NCBI GenBank assembly: GCA_965287045.1
Contig: OZ336881.1
Location: 21,390,001 to 21,454,000, forward strand
DNA length: 64,000 nt
Reading direction: 5' to 3'
From: Carcharhinus amblyrhynchos
Taxonomy: Eukaryota
Shown: positions 38,346 to 51,650 of the stretch, piece by piece
Numbering within the stretch: the stretch's first letter is position 1
Layout: each line of letters opens with the position of its first letter
Program-made: the position numbers and the translations under genes
Notes under the pieces: generated by a model
The model's database searches: none
The model's input: only the letters and a program-made list of their open reading frames with translations
Told to the model about the DNA's origin: nothing

Positions 38346-40000
38346 CAAGATGGACAAGTTTACATTTCACATGTCATACTCCACATACCAAGTTTTGCCC
38401 AATCACTTAACCTATCCATATCCCTTTGCAGACCCCGGTGTCCTCTTCACAACTTACCATCTAGCTATCTTATTGTTGCCGGCACATTTAGCAACTATAG
38501 ATTATGTCCCTTCATCCAAATTATTGATGTAGATTGTAAATAGTTGAGGCCCTTGCATTGAACCCCTGTTGCACTCCCCTTATTACATCCTGCTAACCCA
38601 AAAATACAACCGACCTAACCAATCCTCCCTCCATACAAAGATATTATTCTCTGCATTATGAGCTCTTACTTTGTATGGTAGCCTTTGATGTGGTGTATTG
38701 TCACATGCTTACTGGACATCTAAATATATCACATCCATAGGTTTATTCAAGTTGTCAGTTTATTCCTCAAGTAACATTAATAGGTTGGTCAGACATGATA
38801 TCCCTTTCACAAAGCCTGATTGCACTGATAATTTCTAGGTGTCAGCATGACCTCATTAACAATAGATTACAGTATTTTTCCTATGACAAATGTTAAGCTA
38901 ACTGGTCTGTAGCTGCCTGCTTTCTGTATCCATCCTTTTTTGGATAGAGGAGTTCCATTCACTTTTTTGCAGTCTGGTGGGATGTTTCCAGAATCTAGGG
39001 AATCAAAACCAATGCATCTACTGTCTCAGCAGCTACTTTCTTTAAGCTGCTAGAATGAAGTCCATCTTGACCTGGGGACTTGTCAGCTTTTAGTTCTAAT
39101 AATTTTCTCAGTCCCCTTTCTCCGAATTGCAATTTTTTTAGTTTCCCCATCTTTGTCGCTTCTTGATCCATAATTATTTCTGGCTTGTTATTTGTATCCG
39201 TTACACTGAAGGCAGATGTAAAATCTCTCTTCAGTTCCTTAGCCATTTTGTATCTTCCATGACTGACTCCCCCGACTCTTCCTCTAGAGGACCAATGCTT
39301 ACTTTGCTTCTATCCTTTTTAAATAACTAGAAACTCTGTTTTAAAATTTCTAGCTAGACTTCTGTTGTGCTCTATTTTCTCACTTCTTGATATTTCCTCT
39401 TTGCAGCTTTTTTATTCTGTCCAATCTTTTGATCTTTCACTAATTTTTGCAGCATTGTATGCTTTCTCTTCCAAAGTGATACTATCTTTAGTTTCCTTAG
39501 ATAGTCACAGTTAGTCTCCCATCCCCTATAGCTTTTCTTACTGGAAAGTATCTTTGCTGAGCATTGTGAACTCAGTAGAGAGTCACTGCATCTCTACCGA
39601 CCTATCCTTAACCTAATTTTGCAGTTCACTTTAGCCACTGTCTTCCTCCCTTTATAATTGCCCTTTTTAAAACAAAAACACGGAGAGCCATTCTTCTTTC
39701 CGTAAGACTGTAAGATATAGGAGCAGAATTGGGCCATTAGGCCCATTAAGTCTGCTCTGCCTTTCAATCATGGCTTATATGTTTCTCAAACCCATTTTCC
39801 TGTTTTTTCCCCGTAACCTTTGATCCCCTTACCAACCAAGAGCCTATCTATTGCTATCTTAAATATACTCAATGACCTGTGCTCCACAGCCTTAAGAGCA
39901 ATTAATTCCACAGATTCAGCACCCTCTGGCTGAAGAAATTCTTCCTCATCTCCTAAAGGACTGTCCCTTTACTCTGAGGCCATGCCCTTGGGTCCTGATA
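38345..40000 (-). mobile_element. Old CR1 ORF2 fragment plus a CR1 3' end (39710-40000)
   Basis: LLELKADKSPGQDGLHSSSLKKVAAETVDAL in the minus-strand ORF 38995-39246. Confidence 0.8.
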
Positions 40001-41044
40001 TCATTTTTCAGTTCTCTTTCTAGGAGAATTTCACAGTAACTTCACTGCAGTTTTAATGTAAGCCTTACTTGTGACTAATAAATAAACTTTAAACTTTTTT
40101 CTTTTGTTAGTATTGAATTCATAATCCTTTCTCATGTACAGATTTTTCCATGGCATTGTGGTGTTCCATCTCTGCCTTGTGCCCTGTTCTGTTGTGTTCA
40201 ACCCCTCTGGCTCTGTGGGATAACATTGTTATCTCAGAGTGGTTGGTTCTTGTCCATTGCTGGAATACAAGAAATGGGGGAGAGAGAGAAGACTTGTATC
40301 TTGACTTTCAGCTCATGGGGAAGCTTCTGAGGTCTAGAAGCACACATAGTTCCAAAACTGAAGAGCCTCTGGAATCTTAACTATTGCAACTTGACTAAAA
40401 AGTACAGTCCACTCCATAACTGATGCGTTCTGTCGCTAACCAAGTTTGGAATTGAGGTTCCTTTTCTCTGAACGGATCTGGTTTATGAAGGCAATACCAA
40501 ATTCTGTTTTCTGCTTCCATTATTGGGTGAATGAAGCTTTGCGTGCGAATGGTTAAGTACAAAAACAGTGCCCTGATTGTTGGTTTCTGACTGGTAAGAT
40601 GCAGCAGGGGAGTTGGTTCTTTTTTAATATTAACAAATCAGATATGACTCAATGAATTACCTACTTGTACATTAGTTATTGCATTTCTGGAAAGTGTATC
40701 GTAATATTTGCACTACAAAATCTGCTGCTAATACCAGGCAAGCTTTCACCTTGATCAGTAACCTCTAACATAGACGCTTAAAGAATATTTTATACTTGGA
40801 TCACATCCCAGATTTAGGGGGGGTTGTGATGTCAATTGTGATGATATTCTTTTGGATCAGCTTTTGATAACCTTCGGTACATAGGTTGGCATGAAGTATG
40901 ATTTCTGGTGTCCAAGCCTCTCACTCTGTAGCATATCAATTAGTTAAACTGACTCGGTTAATATTAAAAGAGTTCAAGTGAGAAGTTGTATTTTTGGGCT
41001 TCCCAGTTTGAATCTTCAGTCACTTGAAATATTGGGATGTGCTT

Positions 41045-41320
41045 CATTCCAAGAGACCTGGGTTTGATTCCTAGCTTAGGTCATTGTCTGTGTGAAGTTT
41101 GCATCTTCTCCCCGAATCTGCGTGGGTTTCCTCCAGGTGCTCCGATTTCCTCCCACAGTCCGAAAGGCATGCTGGTTAGGTGTATTGGCCAGGCTAAATT
41201 CTCCTTCAGTGTACTCGAACAGGTGCTGGAAAATGGCAACTAGGGGATTTTTACAGTAACTACATTGCGGTATTAATGTAAGTCTACTAGTGACACTAAT
41301 AAATAAACTTTAAACTTAAA
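41045..41320 (+). mobile_element. HE1-like SINE, tail B (tail-only copy at about 40020-40097)
   Basis: Same tail as 10175, 35291 and 62197. Confidence 0.82.
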
Positions 41321-41411
41321 GCTGCTTTGAAATATTCAGTAATTTAGTATAATGTTTTTGGATTGATCACCAGATAAATGTTTGAATCTACATTTTTTTT
41401 TCTTTCCTTAG

Positions 41412-41576
41412 AGGTTGCGAGAAGGAGTTTTCAGAGATCTTGAACGGCAGGCACGCAAAAAGGAGAATCTTCGAATCCTAGAGGAACAAATTAGTCTGAC
41501 AAAGAAACTGGAAGCAGATCGACTACAGAAAAACACCTTGGCCCCAGAGAGTTCTCAACAATCTGCAAAACAATAG
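41412..41576 (+). CDS. PET117: PET117 exon 2 (to stop)
   Basis: Acceptor tttttctttccttag|, reads RLREGVFRDLERQARKKENLRILEEQISLTKKLEADR...SAKQ*. 86 aa in total. Confidence 0.94.
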   Translation, partial: RLREGVFRDLERQARKKENLRILEEQISLTKKLEADRLQKNTLAPESSQQSAKQ

Positions 41577-41675
41577 CCTCATCTCTTTTGAACTTTGGAT
41601 GTTTAATAGATGACGGATTTTTTTTTCCTTCAGAATTGTAGAAAAAGACTTGATAGAATTATTTAATTTAAGATG

Positions 41676-41681
41676 AATAAA
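41676..41681 (+). terminator. Candidate poly(A) signal for a PET117-only mRNA
   Basis: AATAAA 100 nt after the PET117 stop and 78 nt before the KAT14 ATG. Confidence 0.45.
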
Positions 41682-41758
41682 GCTGCTTTTTGGATAACTG
41701 CTATGCCACTCTAGCTGTTGACCCGTTCTAGTGTAACCATTGCCAGAGGTTTGGGAGT

Positions 41759-42026
41759 ATGGAAGAAAACGAGGAGACAAAAAGCTTAACTGCTCGCCAA
41801 ATGGAGGATGAGTGTGCAAGAATGACTGCTTCTGAAGGCTTGGAAGAAGGAGAGGTTGAAGGAGAAACTCTACTGATCGTTGAGTCAGAAGACCAGGCCT
41901 CAGTGGACCTGTCCCACGATCAGAGTGGGGATTCCTTGAACAGTGAGCTGGGTGATGAAGGGGAAGGGTCCTGGACAGAAGAGATGTCCTTTTACTGTGA
42001 CAAATGTCAGAAGTGGATACCTTCAA
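41759..42026 (+). CDS. KAT14: KAT14 (CSRP2BP/ATAC2) first coding exon
   Basis: SEGLEEGEVEGETLLIVESEDQASVDLSHDQSGDSLNS...FYCDKCQKWIP matches the KAT14 N-terminus. Donor A|gtacgt, phase 1. Confidence 0.94.
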
Positions 42027-42859
42027 GTACGTATGTTACTCCTGAAATATCTAAGTATAATATCTTATGTTATTCTGATATATGAGGAGCAGAATCTCAG
42101 TTGAGCTTCCCCAATCTTTCTCAGAGTTACAGTGGCAAATTAGTTGATAATATGTGGAAATTACTGGTTCAGTTCAGTGGAAAATGGGATGCATTTGCTT
42201 TTCTTGAGCTAACACGTGCACTCAAAATTCAACTGTGAAAAATGGGATTGTAAAAATTGAGTCATATGATCCATAAATGGTATCAAGATACAGAAGGTAA
42301 GGCAAAATGAAGTGCTGTTTGCCAATGGGGTGTTTTAGCCTGAAATAACTACTGTGTACTATTAGTCTGCAGCCCTGATCGGCAGTGGTGTGACTCCGAC
42401 ACCACTGGTTGGTTCAATAACTGACTCTAAAATGAAAGATTTCTACAAGTTTTGGAAATCTGTTATAAAATTCCAGGTCTCCCAAATAAGTGAGAGACAT
42501 TGTGGTCATTTTGTCTTCTTGAAAAGAGAGATGAGTATGTATCACAACAATTCTTGAGGCTTAAAATGAGTGCAAAGCAGTTCAATTTCAGTGAGACAAC
42601 CTGCATCCAATCTGCACACTTCTGAATTCGTGGGACCCGCTTATTAGGCATGCTGAATGAAAATCTAAAACAGTTGGCTTCTTGAATCACTTCATTAGGA
42701 GCTTGCTGCCTCTTAAAGAACCCCTGCATAAAGTTACTTACCATCGACCAGTCTCTCCCCATGTAGAATTCTTCAGTGGGCCCTGTGATATTGAACTAGA
42801 TGTGTTTTAATTTTTCAGCTTTTTGAAAAACAAAACATTCCTCAGTAGGAGCAGGAGTA

Positions 42860-44195
42860 TCCACCTGTCTGTGTGGAGTTTGCTTCCTGTGTCACCATGG
42901 GTTTCCTCTGGGTGTTTACTCCCACAGTCCAAAGATGCATGGGTTAGTTGATTGGCCATGCTAAATTGACCCTAGTGTCAGGAGATTTGATTTCTTATAG
43001 TCACATGTATTAGCATACAGTGAAAAGTATTGTTTCTTGCACACTATACAGACAAAGCATATCGTTCACAGAGAAAGAAACGAGAGAGTGCAGAACGTAG
43101 TGTTACAGTCATAGCTAGGGTATAGAGAAAGATCAACTTAGTGCGAGTTAGGTCCGTTCAAAAGTCTGACGGCAGCAGGGAACAAATTGTTCTTGAGTCG
43201 TTTGGTACGTGACCTCAGACTTTTGTAACTTTTTCTCAAAGGAAGAAGGTGGAAGAGAGAATGTCTGTGATGCATGGGGTCCTTAATCATACTGGCTGTT
43301 TTGCCGAGGCAGCGGGAAGTGTGGACGGAGCCAGTGGATGGGAGGCTGATTTGCGTGATTGATTGGGCTACATTCACAACCTTTTGTAGCTTCTTGCGGT
43401 TTTGGGCAGAGCAGGAGCGATACCAAGCTGTGATACAACCAGAAAGAATGCTTTCTATGGTGTAGCTGTAAAAGTTGGTGAGAGTCGTAGCTGACATACC
43501 AAATTTCCTCAGTCTTCTGAGAAAGTAGTGGTGTTGGTGGGCTTTTTTAACTGTAGTGTTAGCATGGGGGAACCAGGACAGGTTGTTGGCGATCCGGACA
43601 CCTAAAAACTTGAAGATCTTGACCCTTTCTACTTCATCCCCGTTGATGTAAACAGGGCATGTTCTCCTTTACACTTCCTGAAGTCGATGACAATCTCCTT
43701 CGCTTTGTTGGCACTGAGGGAGAGATTATTGTCGCTGTACCAATTTACCAGATTTTCTATCTCATTCCTGTACTTTGTCCCATCATTGTTTGAGATCCGA
43801 CTCACTATGGTGCTGTCGTCAACAAATTTGAAAATCGATTTGGGCAGGAATTTGGCCATACAGTCATGGTGTATAAGGGGTATAGAAGGGGCTGAGAACA
43901 CAGTCTTGTGGGGTTCTGGTGTTGAGGATGATCATGGAGGAGGAGTTGTTGCCTATCCTTACTGATTGTGGTCTGAGAGTTAGGAAACTCAAGATCTAGT
44001 CGCAGAGGAAAGAGCTGAGGCCCAGGCCACAGAGTTTGGAGATGAGTTTCGTGGGAATAATTAAAAATGAGCAATAATTAATAATCGGCAGGGTAAATTT
44101 GTGATGTTACAGGAATAGGGCCTGGGTGGCATTGGGGTCAGTGCAGACCCGATGGGCCAAATGGCCTCCTTCTGCACTGTAGGGATTCTATGACT
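42860..44195. mobile_element. HE1 SINE (+; about 42860-42985 and 44085-44195) split by a Rex1/Babar-like LINE (-; about 42986-44060)
   Basis: Minus ORFs HDCMAKF..SIFKFVDDSTIV, NFYSYTIESILSGCITAWY, RTKRLKNNLFPAAVRLLN. The SINE halves are collinear on either side. Confidence 0.82.
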
Positions 44196-44547
44196 TGACT
44201 TGGCAATTACCTTGCTCCTCGAGGGCAGCTGCAGGCAAAGCAGGTAGCCTGAAATAAGTTTTCTCATGGGGCTGAATGATCTGTGGAGGTGCAATGGGTG
44301 CTGACAGCTCCCCCTGAATCTGTCGGTAAGACCCAAGGACCAATTCTTGCTGATCCATAGACCTCTTGGTTTGGGCATGTGCTGTCTGCCAAAGTCTGGA
44401 ATGAAAATACCCTTGGACCAAAATCTGCATCAGTACATTTCCCAGGACACCCTGTTTCCTATTAATTTTATGTACATCCTCCAGTTATCTAACCAGGCAT
44501 TTGAATGGGAGTATGTATAAATGATCAGCATGATTTTAAATACAATT

Positions 44548-45296
44548 GACTGGAATTTTACAGTGCAATGAGCAGTAGACAGGCTTAACAGGCCTTCAGA
44601 TCAGTTAAAGGTTGTGGCATTGAGCTGAGGCATCAGTGTTACTTTTGTCAGCCACTCCAAAAGGCAACTTGCTCTGGAAGAGGGTGCATGGGAACAAAAA
44701 CCACTGCCGGCTAGCAGTAGAAAGCTTTTAAGGGTGCCATCACCAACTAGTGGGGGTTGTTTAAGGGCATCAACATCATTGGGTAGAGGTTTGCATTCTA
44801 CAGGGGACAAAGAGGGGCAGTGACACTTTCTCCCAAGGGAGTAGCAAGGGGAAAGTCCCAGGAAAGCTGGATTGCAAAGATAGTGCAAGCATTACCCGGC
44901 ATGGGACTGATCCATCAGTTGTAGTGACCGTCTGCGAAGAAGAAAAGTGGCATATAGAGAGGCAGAATCAGGCACTTGCTGTCCACTGCAGCAAGTGGGC
45001 CAGCATTCAGGTGGGTACTCTGGAGCAAAGTGAGTAGAGGATGAACAACAGTCTGCCGTTTGAGGAATGGCCTATCTGCAGAATAGTCTGTGTCGGGCTC
45101 ATCTCAACTACTTGCAGATATCCAAGCAAGAGCATCAGTGCAGTCTGATGAACTCCAGGGAAGCGATCACTAATTTTTGCAGCATGCTGCAGGTCAAGCT
45201 GAGATCTGTGGGGTTTGGTGACGTCCCTGGGAATCAACTCCATTTTAATGCAATCAGACCTTTACAGGAATTCACTGGGACGTGTGGATTCTCCCA
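44548..45296 (+). mobile_element. Harbinger-derived element with decayed transposase N-terminus
   Basis: Starts gactggaattttac (MITE-like terminus). ORF 45067 RAHLNYLQISKQEHQCSLMNSREAITNFCSML resembles the HARBI1-type N-terminal pattern. Confidence 0.45.
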
Positions 45297-45409
45297 GGCT
45301 AGAGATGATTGATGGTTTAAGGAGGTGACCAATGACCAGTTCAAGATGGCTAGCGGCTGTGTGCTACTGAAACCATGTAGTACCACCTTGGTAGTACCGC
45401 CACAGGCCA

Positions 45410-47700
45410 AACTGGCACAGTTCTAAAGGACATAGCTGTCTGACTGAGTCTGTAGCAGATGATGAGAGAACGGATAAAAGAAAAAGAAGCATACTTGACC
45501 TCATCATCACCAACCTGTCTGCTGCAGATGCATCTGTCTATGATAGTATTGATAGGAGTGAGCATTGTTCCATCCTCACATTGGGAATACCCTCCATCAT
45601 GTGTGGAATTACCTTTGTGCTAATTTGGATAGACTTCAAACTGATGTAGCAACTTGAGACTGGATATCCATGAGACGCTGTGGGCCATCAGCAGCAACAG
45701 AATTGTACACAATCACAATCTGTAACCTCATAACCCAGCAAACCTCTCACTCTGCCATTACCACCAAGGCAGGGGATCAACTCTCGTTCAATGAAGAATG
45801 CAGGTTGCATGCCAGGAGCAGCACCAGGCATACCTAAAGTTAGGCGTGAGCCTGGTAAAGCTTCAACACAGAATCACTTGTGTGTAAGCAGCAAGCTCAA
45901 CCATTCCACAACCAGTGCATCAGATCCAAGCTCCGCAGTCCTCCCATATCCTGTTGTGAATGGTAGTGAACAATTAAACAACTCCCTGGAGGAGGAGGCT
46001 CCACAAATATCCCCATCCTCAATGATGGAGGACTCCAGCACATCAATGCAAAAGTTAAGGCTGAAGCATTCTCAACAATCTTCAGCCAGAAGTACTGAGT
46101 GGATAATCCATCTCTCCCTCCGCTGCAAATCTCCAGCACTTCTGATGTCAGTTTTCAACCAATTCAATTCACTCCACATGATATCAAGAAACAATTGAAG
46201 GCACTTGATACTGGAGAGACTATGAGCCCTGACAATATTCTGGCAATAGTGCTGAAGACTTGTGCTCCATAACTTGCTGCGCCCCTAGCCAAGCTGCTCA
46301 AGGACATCTACAACAGTGGCATTCATCCAGCAATGAGGAAAACTGCAGGGTATGTCCTGTCCACAAAGAATAAGACAAATCCAATCCAGCTAATTACCAT
46401 ACATCAATGTACTCATGATCATCAGTAGAATGGTGGAAGGGATCATCAATAGTCTACAAAGTAGCACGTGATGCTCGGTTTGGGTTCTCCCAGGGTCACT
46501 CAGCTCCTGATCTCAACAGCCTTTGTTCAATCATGAACAAAAGAGCTGAACTCCAGAGGTGAGGTGAGAGTGACTGTCCTTGACATCAAGGCCACATTTG
46601 ACCGAGTGTGGCAACAAAGAGCCCTAGCAAAACTGGAGTCAACGGGAACCGGGGGGAAACTGCCCGCTGGTTGGAGTCATATCTGGCACAAAGGAAGGTG
46701 GTTGTGGTAGTTGGAGGTCAATCATTTCAGCTCCAGGATATCACTGCAGGAGTTCCTCAGGGTTGTGTACTAGGTCTAATCATCTTCAGCTGCTTCATCA
46801 GTGACCTTCCTTCCATCATAAGGTCATAAATGGAGATGTTTGCCGATGACTGCACAACGTTCAGTACCATTTACAACTCAGACAGTGAAGCAGTCCATAT
46901 CCAAGTGCAGCAAGAACTGGAGAATGTCCAGGCTTTGGCTGACAAGTGGCAAGAAATATTCATGCTACGCAAGTGCTAGGCAAAGACCATCTCCAGCAAG
47001 AGAGGATCAGCCATTGTCCCTTGACATTCAATTGCATTACCGTTGCTTAATCCCCCACTATCAACATCCTGGGGTTACCATTGTCCAGAAACCTAACTGG
47101 ATTAAGTATATAAATACTGTGGCTACAAAAGCAGGTTAGAGGCTAGGAATCCTGTGGTGAGTAACTCACCTCCTGACACCCAAAGCCTGTCCGCAGGCAC
47201 AAGTTAGGAGTATGATGGAATTCCCTCCACTTGCCTGGATGAGTGCATCTCCAACAGCACTCAAGAAACTTGACACCATCCAGGACAAATCAGTCTGCTT
47301 GATTGGTCACTCTTCCACAAACATTCACTCCGTCCACCACCAAAAAACCGTGGCAGCAGTATGTACTATCTACAAGATGCACTGCAGGAATTCACCAAGG
47401 CTCCTTAAGCAATATCTTCCAAACCCATAATGGCTACCATCTAGAAAGACAAGTAGGTATCTGGGAACAGTAGCACCTGTTCCCAGATACCTTGCCATCC
47501 TGATTTGGAAACATATGCTGTTCTTTGACTGTTGCTGAGTCAAAATCCTGGAACTTTCTCCCTAACAGCACTGTGGGTGTATCTGTACTTCAGGGATTGC
47601 ATCAGTTCAAGAAGGTGGCTCACTACCATTTTGTCAAGAACAGTTGGGTACAGGCAGTGCGTGCTGGCATTACCAACAATGCACACATCCCGTGAACAAG
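45410..47700 (+). mobile_element. Degenerate CR1/L2-superfamily LINE (endonuclease end, RT, 3' tail)
   Basis: LDLIITN, LDIKATFDRVW, WLESYLAQRKVVVVVGG, AGVPQG, MFADD. A further piece lies at about 56600-57220. Confidence 0.8.
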
Positions 47701-49959
47701 TCAAAAGAAATGATCAAACCAAGTCATACCCCAAAGGTGGATGCAAAAGACATGGCGCCATTCAAAGGAATGCATTTCTCACAGGTGTCCTTACTAACAT
47801 TTATTGCTTAATCAATAGCATTAAAATAGATTGTGGTAATTACTACTTTGCTGTTTGTGGGACCATGCTATGTGTAAATTGTTTGCCGTATTTCTACATT
47901 AAAAGATGTCAGAAGTACTTCATTGGATGTGAAGTGCTTTGCATTGTCCTATGACTGTGAATGGTGCAAACTTAGTTTTTTAATTTAGTGCTTTGCATTT
48001 ATTTATAGTTCAATTTATTTCACTTTAGCGTGCTTTGTATGATTTAAGCAGATGCTTCAGTGCCGTTCCAGGGGAATGTTCTGCATTGAAGTGCCATTTA
48101 AATGAAAAAGACTGAGATTGTTCAGATGGATGTTGAAGATCTGACTGTACTGATCAGTATTCAGTAAGAAAAGCACGTGATTTCTTCTGGTATTCCGGCT
48201 CAAATTCCTTTTGCAACTAGTGTGAGCAAACCTAAATCACTTCATTGTTATTAGTGATATTTTGCTGTGCATAAAGCGATTGCTGCATTTCTCTACACAA
48301 CAACATTTTTATGTCATATAAATTATTTGTTAAGTCTTACGAATGTGCTAAGTGATGTGATAGGATGCTACCAGGTGCAGTTTTTAACAAAATAATAAAA
48401 TTCGAGGAGGAGGTGTGTGCAAAGGAAATCCCATTGAGAGCATATTTGAAATAGTACCACAAGTTGATGGCAGATGATTTTTGACTGCACCATTGTGCTC
48501 TTGCATACAACCTGTTGTCAAGTTGCTACTGGAAACCTTCCTGTATCCTGTGCAGTACCTATTACAGTGTCACCAGATACTGATACACTAGGAATAATCG
48601 CTTACTGTGCTTTATGTAATAGTTTGATAAAGTTGTTAAAATATACGTTGACAAGTACTCTTATGTATGTGTATTAGTTATATCTTTTCAAAATTTGAAT
48701 GTCTGGTATTAACCATTCATTTAATCTAATGTTGTTGATCATTTGTATCAGAAACTCAACATCCCATCCTGACAGCTTTAGCATCATTAGGAGTGTGATG
48801 GTTTCAGGGTGTGAAAGGAAATACCAACAAAGATATCCTTTCCACCCACTTCAAACAATGAATAAAGCTAGGTGGTGACTGCTTGTACAAGCCAGCTGAG
48901 AGTTCAGGATCAGGGACACTGGATTGTTCGTTATTGACAAACACTTAGTGGTAAAATACTTGAGATGGGTATAGACAACTATTATTAGCCTCATTTTTCA
49001 AACGATCTATGTATATTTCAAAAATCAGGTGTTTGCATTTAACATCAATCAATTCATCATAAAGTATTGAAGATTTACATTGTTTTAAAATGTTTAAAAA
49101 TTAAGGTGTGCATGGTTTCCTCTGTTATTTCTGTTTCCTGCATACATTTTTTCTGATGTCACCCTTTGTTGGGTGCATTTTCCATGGGATTGGTTCTTTT
49201 TTCAGCATCTAACACTAATGAGCTATATTACTTGAAATAGGAGCAGGAGAAGGCCATTTAGCCCTTTTCAGCCTGCTCTGCCATTCAACTAGATCATGGC
49301 TAATCATCCATCTTAATGCCGTTTTCCTCCACAATTCCCTTATTCCATGATATCTTTAATATCTAAAAAGGTACCAAACTCTTAGGAATATACTCAGTGA
49401 CAGAGCATTCACAACTCGCTGGGATAGAGAATTGCAAAGATTTACCACCCACTTGAATAGTGCATACCTTGGGAGACAAGTTGGGCTTTACTCCGTCCTG
49501 CCCACACACTGGTTGGATTTTCTGATAGTGGTGGTTGAAAGGATGATTCAAGCATAGGGGCCTGATAATAATATGCTAATTAATCCAAATGGCGTTTCCA
49601 GCATTGAACATCAGGAAACACACCTTGTCACTGACAGGGAAGAAAGACAATTGTGATCGTGTTCCTATGAAACTCAATTTGGCTGTTTTTGTGAGATTTT
49701 CCATTCCCATCGCCAAACCCACTCGACAGGATTGGAAGCGGAAAAGCCCAATCCTAGTTTCACTTCTTCACCTTTCCAGAAGATACTCTGAAGCATAGGA
49801 GCTGTGGCTGTTTCTGTCTCCCAATGTCAAGGCCTCACATGTCATTTAGTGCTACACAAGGCTAGCAGGCAATAGTTTCAAACTCAATATTCACCAAGGA
49901 TTGAACCCTCTGCCTTTTTTTGCTATGTTTGCATCAGCTATTCAATGCTTCTAGCAAGG

Positions 49960-50400
49960 ATGTCAGCAGGTAGTACTCTTTCTCTCAGTCAGAAAGTCAC
50001 TGGCCACTCCAGAGACCTCAACACACAAGTTTTGCTGACACTCCTATGAAATACTGAGGGACGGTACCATTAAAGATGCTGTCTTTGGGTGCTGACTGTT
50101 AACGGAGTTCTCGTCTGCCCTCTCCAGTGGACGTAAAAGATCCAAATGGCACTATTTTGAAGGTGAACAGGGGAGTTACAGTGGTTGATGTGGCCCATAT
50201 TTGTCCCTTAACCACCATCACAAAAACAGGTTATTGGATATTTATTTCAGTGCCATTTATTCAGCTTTGCTGGTGTATAGGTTGGCTGCCGTGCTCCCTG
50301 TGATCAGAAATGACTTCAAAAATACTTCATTGGCTTTGAAGCACTTTGGGACAACGTGAAGTCAACAAAGATGCTAGATGAATGCAAGGTCTTCTTACTC
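49960..50400 (+). mobile_element. Deu-domain SINE
   Basis: gtcagaaag...ccactccagagac...tactgaggga...gtctgccctctc..gtggacgtaaaagatcc..atggcactattt. Confidence 0.7.
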
Positions 50401-51584
50401 TGCATTTGTCCATGTTGTACCACATGTGGAAGTACATGATGAGGACACTGGAATGGAGATATTTTCCATTCCCTAGTGATGACATTGCTCGGACCCATGA
50501 GCCATCAGAACACAGATTTTGAAAGAATAGGTCACTAAAAGAACAATACCAGCTGGGGCATAACATGGCTTTGCAGGCACACTACAGATTGCACTGGTAT
50601 GAAGTAGTGTTTGAAGGGATGCAGACACCTGTGATTGAGGGCAGTTCATTTTTGTTTGATTGTTAACAATCCAGGACAAAAGAAAATACAAGACAAGCTT
50701 GTAAATTGGATGTTTAATTGGCCAGTGAACCAGCAGTATAGTTAGGTAATAATTTGGTAGGAAGAATAAAGGGATCCCATACTCCTTGGAAGTAAGTCTG
50801 CTTGAGATAAAGAGCAAAGGGATCTGGCTGTGGCGGGGGGTACAGATCCAGAAATCAGTTAGTGATGCACATTACAACTGAAAACCAGTTGAGTTTTATT
50901 AGATTTGTACAGAACCATGGGAAGACCACACCTGGAGTCTGCATATTATTATTAAAATTGATTTCCTAGAATGATCCCTGATCTGATGGGTTATAACTAG
51001 GCTGAAAGATTCCTTTGGAAAAGAGAAGACTGGGGTGATCTGATAGAGATAAGATTATGAAAGTTTGATATGGTGGATGTGGAGAAGCTAGTTCCATTTG
51101 CAGGCAAAACCAGAATGAGGGACCCGAATATGAGATAATCACTAATCAACTCAGTCAAGAATTCAAGAGAAATTCCTTTGTCCAGAGCAAAAGTTGCTAC
51201 CACAAGTTGTAGTTGAGGTGAACAGTATGGTAGCATTTCAGGGGAATCTGCAAAAACACACAAAGTACAAAAGGATTCGAAGGATATGCTGGATAGGTGA
51301 AGGATGAGAGGAGACTCATGTTGACCAGAAACACTGAAATAGATCTGTTGTGCTGAATGTGCTGCTTCTGTTGTAAATATGGTGTATTACTACGTAATAT
51401 ATTCTTAGTGACTAAGATTTCAGGTATGTCATAGGAAGGCATTTTGAAAAATCTACGCTGCAACCTTTTTGGGGATAAATTATAGCAGGTCTTTCATCCC
51501 GGTGCTTTGCTCACCCTCAGCAATTACGTTTTGCAGAATTTGGATTGGGGGACTCTTTTAAGCCAAAAACTAAGTTATTCTTTG

Positions 51585-51650
51585 CTGAGCCTCTGGAGTG
51601 AAATATTGATAAAATGAACTGAGTCTCTGGAGTGAAATATTGATAAAATA
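51585..51650. repeat. 34-bp tandem duplication
   Basis: ctgagYctctggagtgaaatattgataaaat begins at 51585 and again at 51619. Confidence 0.9.

Noticed and set aside
35694-38410. Long Pro- or Gly-rich ORFs (268-414 aa) on both strands
   Set aside because: By-products of the stop-poor C-rich tract and 28-bp minisatellite inside PET117 intron 1.
42027-42036. Second donor gtatgt at 42031 (and second acceptor at 54886)
   Set aside because: Only 42026>54882 keeps the KAT14 frame with the expected WIPSTQLR junction. The 42031 donor frameshifts with either acceptor.
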